Assembly: GCA_944342015.1 (NCBI GenBank)
Contig: CALVMC010000001.1
Span: 249,241 to 313,240, forward strand
DNA from: an uncultured Clostridia bacterium
Lineage (GTDB): Bacteria > Bacillota > Clostridia > Christensenellales > CALVMC01
Length of the DNA stretch: 64,000 nt
Direction of reading: 5' to 3'
The number at the start of each line of letters is the position of its first letter. Position 1 is the first letter of the stretch. Positions 58,757 to 64,000 of the stretch are shown in pieces. Made by a program: the position numbers and the translations under genes. The notes beneath the pieces are model-generated. The model did not search any database, was not told the DNA's origin, and was given only the letters and a program-made list of their open reading frames with translations.

Positions 58757-58930
58757 TCAGTCAGCTTTTTTTACTTTAATATTAACCTTTTCGTCTTTAT
58801 TTACACAGCTTTGATTTCCTACGGTACAAGAAGTTTTACAAGCAGACTGACAGCTTGACTGACATTCTCCGCAGCCGCTGTTTTCGCTTTTGTTAAGACA
58901 ATTTTTTACCAAAGTATTTATATGTTTCAT
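58757..58930 (-). CDS. scfA: SCIFF (six-cysteines-in-forty-five) radical-SAM-modified peptide precursor, 57 aa; not in the ORF track
   Basis: My translation is MKHINTLVKNCLNKSENSGCGECQSSCQSACKTSCTVGNQSCVNKDEKVNIKVKKAD. GGAGGA RBS lies 6 nt upstream of the ATG. The core GCGECQ.SCQSACKTSCTVGNQ.C is the SCIFF signature. Confidence 0.9.
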   Translation of the reverse strand: MKHINTLVKNCLNKSENSGCGECQSSCQSACKTSCTVGNQSCVNKDEKVNIKVKKAD

Positions 58931-58934
58931 AAAA

Positions 58935-58969
58935 ATTCCTCCGTAAGTATTATAGCCTTACAGAGGAAT
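58935..58969 (-). promoter_or_regulatory. 13-bp hairpin (one G-U) whose 3' arm contains the scfA Shine-Dalgarno, followed by U5 and the ATG
   Basis: Minus strand: AUUCCUCUGUAAG-GCUAUAAUA-CUUACGGAGGAAU-UUUU-AUG. Confidence 0.55.
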
Positions 58970-58977
58970 ATTTGCAA
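58949..58977 (-). promoter_or_regulatory. Near-consensus sigma-A promoter for scfA-scfB, with the -10 in the loop of the hairpin
   Basis: Minus strand: TTGCAA (58977-58972), 17-nt spacer, TATAAT (58954-58949). Confidence 0.55.
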
Positions 58978-59028
58978 GTATATAGACAATTATTTTTGTT
59001 CTGTATTTAAAATTTTATTCGGCTCGCA

Positions 59029-59415
59029 TTATCGGTTTTTAATATTTACCGTGAATATACCTGAAATTATACCCGCAATCAAACAAGTCAAAAAATCATA
59101 AACGGTTAAAGAATTTTCTTCAAAGCCTCCGTTGAAAGCCGAAAACAGTAAAAAAGTAATAATTAAAAAGAAAAGTCCTATCAATATACCTTTAAATACC
59201 CCTTTAACAGGATATTTTATTCCCAGCAAACAACCTATAAAAATCGATATAATTTTAATTACCTGATTTACAGGCATAACCCAATTTGAATTAATGCCCG
59301 TAAATTTAACTATAAATGCAAATAACAAAACTAAAACGAGTGAAAGCAATACGCTTAAAAGTATGGCTTTTACAACATCGAAAAAGTCTCCTTTTAAAAT
59401 TCCTGATTTTTTCAT
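59029..59415 (-). CDS. Small polytopic membrane protein (resembles the TIGR04086-type family usually found next to yajC/SCIFF in Clostridia)
   Basis: 128 aa with 3-4 predicted TM helices. GGAGGG RBS. The family assignment is from memory of the synteny and is not verified. Confidence 0.65.
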   Translation of the reverse strand: MKKSGILKGDFFDVVKAILLSVLLSLVLVLLFAFIVKFTGINSNWVMPVNQVIKIISIFIGCLLGIKYPVKGVFKGILIGLFFLIITFLLFSAFNGGFEENSLTVYDFLTCLIAGIISGIFTVNIKNR

Positions 59416-59610
59416 AAACCCTCCGATACAGTTTTATGTTTATGAAATCATTTGCAGGTTTATGATAAATTTATACTAAAATGATTTATAAATCGTTTTC
59501 AAATAAAAGATTATCTATATAAATATTACAATAAATGTTCGTTTATACATTTTCTTTTCTGTATGAAAAAAATCAGATGTGCAAAAATCCAAATTTCAAA
59601 AATAAATATA

Positions 59611-59640
59611 TAAAAAACTCCTGCAAACGCAGGAGTTTTT
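59611..59640 (-). terminator. Rho-independent terminator after yajC
   Basis: ACTCCTGC-AAAC-GCAGGAGT flanked by A6 and T5. 6 nt after the yajC stop. Confidence 0.8.
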
Positions 59641-59645
59641 AAACT

Positions 59646-60281
59646 TTAAATTGTTTTACTGCTTTCAGTTTCTTTTTTCTCGTCTTCCAATTCTTTCAAG
59701 GTCTGCTTTTCGGTATCGGAAACTTTTTTTGCGGTTTTTTTAACAGGCGCCTTTTTTACGGTTACTTCTTTTTTTTCGGTTTCCGTATCAGAGACAGTTT
59801 CGCTTTCATCGGTACTCGAAGTTTTTGCAGTTCTCTTTTCTTCTTTTGCCTTGGCTTTTTCTTCCGCTTTTAACTGAACGGAAACTTCATCTTCTGTAAG
59901 AGCAACATTTTCGGCTTTCGCCTTTTCTTCCGGAGTCTGAACAGGAAGAGTACTGTCGGAAACAACATTATAAATTGCGTCTTTTACAATAGTTATAAGC
60001 GTCTTTTCACCGTTTGCGCCAACATCGATAACTATTTCGTTTGTAGCGTTGTTAATGCTGACAATAGTGCCTATAAGTCCGCCGTAGGTTTTTATTTTAA
60101 CTCCGGTTCTGATATTGTTCAATAAATTCTCTCTTTCCTTTTTTTGTTTTCTGTTAGGAATAAGAGTAGTTAAAAACATAATTACGATAAAGATTGCAAG
60201 AATGATATACAGTCCGTATTGAGAAAACCAATTTCCGGAACCGGTGGCATCTTCTGCAAACAACATTAAATTGTTAAGCAT
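59646..60281 (-). CDS. yajC: Preprotein translocase subunit YajC with a ~100-aa K/E/T-rich C-terminal tail
   Basis: 211 aa. Single TM segment then R.QKK......L..G..V.T.GG..G.I core (PNRKQKKERENLLNNIRTGVKIKTYGGLIGTIVSI). A low-complexity tail follows. Confidence 0.85.
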   Translation of the reverse strand: MLNNLMLFAEDATGSGNWFSQYGLYIILAIFIVIMFLTTLIPNRKQKKERENLLNNIRTGVKIKTYGGLIGTIVSINNATNEIVIDVGANGEKTLITIVKDAIYNVVSDSTLPVQTPEEKAKAENVALTEDEVSVQLKAEEKAKAKEEKRTAKTSSTDESETVSDTETEKKEVTVKKAPVKKTAKKVSDTEKQTLKELEDEKKETESSKTI

Positions 60282-60356
60282 AGTATCTCTCCTGATAAAA
60301 TTTTATAGAATAAATATATAATAAGTTTACCTTTTTAGCAAGCATTAAATAAGCAT

Positions 60357-61496
<1,140 letters not shown>

Positions 61497-61586
61497 TTAG
61501 CGGTTAAAATAGAATAATTTGTCTTATTTTTACTTAGTTTAACGCAAATATTTTAAATAATTTTTTATTTAATCTGATTTATTTAA

Positions 61587-62621
61587 TTAATTTTCTATTT
61601 TACCCGTTAAAAACATTGCGTCTCCGAAACTGAAAAATCTGTACCCTTCCTTTACCGCCGTTTCATATAAATACATTGTCTTTTCCCTTCCTATAAAAGC
61701 GGATACAAGCATTATTAAAGTCGATTCCGGAAGATGAAAATTAGTAATTAAAGCGTCGGCGATTTTAAAGCGATATCCGGGATAAATAAAAATATCGGTA
61801 TCGGTACGTACAGGCTCTATTTTTCCCGTTTTTCCCGCAGATTCTACCGCTCTTACCGATGTTGTACCTACGCATACGACTCTTCTTCCTTCCCTTTTTG
61901 CCTTATTTATTTTATCTGCGTTTTCTTCGGTAATTTCGAAAAATTCGCTATGCATTTTATGGTCTTCTATATTTTCTTCTTTCACAGGTCTGAATGTGCC
62001 TAATCCCACATTTAATGTAACTTTGGCGATCTCAATTCCTTTTTCGGTTATCTTGCTTAATAATTCTTTTGTAAAATGAAGTCCCGCAGTCGGCGCCGCA
62101 GCCGAATTTTCATCTCTGCAATATACTGTCTGATATCTCGACAAATCTTTAAGTTCGGTTTTTATATAAGGCGGCAGAGGCATAACAGCTGTCTTGTCGA
62201 GCGCCTCTTCAAAAGTTCCACGGAATTTAAATTCTAAAATTTTTACTCCGCCTTCTAATTTATCTTCCTTGACTTCGGCTTGAAGGTCTTTTGAAAATGT
62301 TATAATTTTCCCGTTTTTCAGTCTTTTTGCAGGTTTTGCAAGGGTTTCCCATAAATTAAGCCCCATTCTTTTCAGAAGAAGTACTTCTACATTTGCTCCG
62401 CTGTCGGTTTTACCGAAAAGTCTTGCTTTTATTACTTTTGTATCGTTTAATACAAGCAAATCGTCCTTATTCAAATAATCCACGATATCGTAAAAATGCT
62501 TATGACAGACTTCGTCTTTTTTACTGTCGTAAACTAAAAGTCTTGACGCATCTCTCGGCTCTATCGGAACCTGCGCTATTAGTTCTTCGGGAAGATTGTA
62601 ATAAAAATCACTTTTTTTCAT
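61587..62621 (-). CDS. queA: S-adenosylmethionine:tRNA ribosyltransferase-isomerase
   Basis: 344 aa. Starts MKKSDFYYNLPEELIAQ.P. Also has AAPTAGLHFT and VGTTS.R..E. Confidence 0.97.
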   Translation of the reverse strand: MKKSDFYYNLPEELIAQVPIEPRDASRLLVYDSKKDEVCHKHFYDIVDYLNKDDLLVLNDTKVIKARLFGKTDSGANVEVLLLKRMGLNLWETLAKPAKRLKNGKIITFSKDLQAEVKEDKLEGGVKILEFKFRGTFEEALDKTAVMPLPPYIKTELKDLSRYQTVYCRDENSAAAPTAGLHFTKELLSKITEKGIEIAKVTLNVGLGTFRPVKEENIEDHKMHSEFFEITEENADKINKAKREGRRVVCVGTTSVRAVESAGKTGKIEPVRTDTDIFIYPGYRFKIADALITNFHLPESTLIMLVSAFIGREKTMYLYETAVKEGYRFFSFGDAMFLTGKIEN

Positions 62622-62770
62622 AACTATCTTTTTTGAATATCGAACCTAATCGATATACGAATATTTCTTAACTTCGATTTACCTTTTAATACTTTAATTA
62701 ATGCAAAGCAGATTTCAGATAAAATATATTTAACGGTTTTATTTTTAAAGTATTAACACTTTTCGGTATT

Positions 62771-63784
62771 TTACAGTTTAATGTTTTCCGGAACGGCATA
62801 GCCTAAATGTCTGTATGCTTCTTCAAGACATACTCTGCCCCTTGGCGTTCTTGCAATAAGGCACTTCTGTAAAAGAAAGGGCTCGTAAACATCTTCTATC
62901 GTACCCGGTTCTTCGCCTGTCGCCGCAGCGAGCGTATCGAGTCCTACAGGCCCTCCTTTGAATTTTTCAAGCATAACCGTGAGAATATGTCGGTCTATAT
63001 AATCAAGTCCCAATTCGTCTATATCCAAATTCGAAAGCGCGGATTTGGCAATAGATAAATCAATTCTTTTTTTACCCTCGTATTCGCCGAAGTCACGGAC
63101 TCTTTTTAAAAGTCTGTTGGCTATTCTCGGCGTCCCTCTGCTTCTTTTGGCTATTTCAAAAGATGCATCGTCATCGATTTCTATACCTAAAATTTTCGAG
63201 GAACGGTCTATTATTTTTTTGAGTTCGTCAGGCGTATACAATTCCAATCTGCATATAACGCCGAACCTGTCTCTTAGCGGAGATGTAAGCATACCCGCCT
63301 TTGTCGTAGCTCCAATCAATGTAAACTTTTTTAAAGATAACCTTACGCTCCTTGCGGACGGTCCTTTCCCTATAACAAAGTCAAGAGCAAAATCTTCCAT
63401 TGCAGGATAAAGTATTTCTTCTACCGAATGACTTAATCTGTGTATTTCATCGATAAAAAGTATATCGTTTTCGTTAAGATTGGTTAAAATAGCCGCAAGA
63501 TCCGCAGCTTTTTCAATCGCAGGTCCCGAGGTCAATCTCAACTGAGAATTCATGGTATTTGCAATAATATGCGATAAGGTGGTTTTACCTAATCCGGGAG
63601 GTCCGTACAGTAAAACATGATCCAAAGCTTCATTTCTGCTTTTTGCGGCTTTTATAAAAACTTTAAGATTTTTTTTGATTTTATCCTGACCGACATACTC
63701 TTCCATTGTCTGCGGTCTTAAAGTATTTTCACTTTCGGCTTCGGATATATCCAAAGTACTTGTTATTATTCTTTCGTCTTCCAT
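62771..63784 (-). CDS. ruvB: Holliday junction branch migration DNA helicase RuvB
   Basis: 337 aa. LRPQT..EY.GQ, Walker [10 protein letters not shown], Walker B FIDEIHR, RTPRGR. Confidence 0.98.
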   Translation of the reverse strand: MEDERIITSTLDISEAESENTLRPQTMEEYVGQDKIKKNLKVFIKAAKSRNEALDHVLLYGPPGLGKTTLSHIIANTMNSQLRLTSGPAIEKAADLAAILTNLNENDILFIDEIHRLSHSVEEILYPAMEDFALDFVIGKGPSARSVRLSLKKFTLIGATTKAGMLTSPLRDRFGVICRLELYTPDELKKIIDRSSKILGIEIDDDASFEIAKRSRGTPRIANRLLKRVRDFGEYEGKKRIDLSIAKSALSNLDIDELGLDYIDRHILTVMLEKFKGGPVGLDTLAAATGEEPGTIEDVYEPFLLQKCLIARTPRGRVCLEEAYRHLGYAVPENIKL

Positions 63785-63807
63785 TTATCCGTCCTTATAC
63801 AGGCTTT

Positions 63808-64000
63808 TTAACCTTTTAAAGCAAGACTTATCAGTTCTTCTATGTTATCGGTTTTATTCTTAATTTTATTTACCGCTTTAACCGCTTCCTGAGCGCTCAT
63901 TCCGAGCGATACCAAAACTCCCACAGCGTCGGATATAATACCGCTTTCAATCGGCATAGCATAGTTTGGTTCAACATAATAAGACGCAGTTTTGTTTTTC
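63808..64000 (-). CDS. ruvA: Holliday junction DNA helicase RuvA, C-terminal part only (gene continues beyond window)
   Basis: My translation of the minus strand ends ...SDAVGVLVSLGMSAQEAVKAVNKIKNKTDNIEELISLALKG*. This resembles RuvA domain III. It lies immediately upstream of ruvB. Confidence 0.8.
   Translation of the reverse strand, partial: KNKTASYYVEPNYAMPIESGIISDAVGVLVSLGMSAQEAVKAVNKIKNKTDNIEELISLALKG

Overview
This window is a low-GC (roughly 30%) core chromosomal segment of a spore-forming Firmicute of the class Clostridia. About 50 tightly packed genes lie on the minus strand. Only a Xer-type recombinase, lexA, a class A PBP, a six-tRNA operon and one large lipoprotein lie on the plus strand. 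The content is overwhelmingly housekeeping and matches Bacillus/Clostridium synteny. It covers five groups. DNA repair and segregation: lexA, mutS, mutL, mutS2, recA, cinA, recJ, ruvAB, ftsK. tRNA/rRNA modification: miaA, miaB, nifS-thiI, queH, tgt, queA, rimO, a U32-family protein. Translation and RNA turnover: pheST, rpsO, pnp, rny. Secretion: yajC, secD, secF. Sporulation: spoIIAA-spoIIAB-sigF, spoVAC-D-E, yunB, and a ylxY-like deacetylase with an M16 peptidase. I see no CRISPR array, defence island, transposon or prophage body. The most system-like non-housekeeping element is a SCIFF RiPP cassette. Its 57-codon precursor is missing from the ORF track and sits directly upstream of its radical-SAM/SPASM maturase, between yajC and secDF. 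The family is already described, but its function is unknown. Other points worth a second look: (1) two cases where a near-consensus promoter sits inside the loop of a terminator-like hairpin, at spoVA and at scfA; (2) an 8-Cys small protein with an internal module duplication, divergent from lexA; (3) an orphan 870-aa lipoprotein with two Big_3-like domains; (4) long low-complexity tails or linkers on PgsA, YajC and FtsK; (5) pheST without room for a T-box; (6) recA without a recognisable LexA box. All functional calls rest on motif recognition and synteny read by eye. No database search was run.
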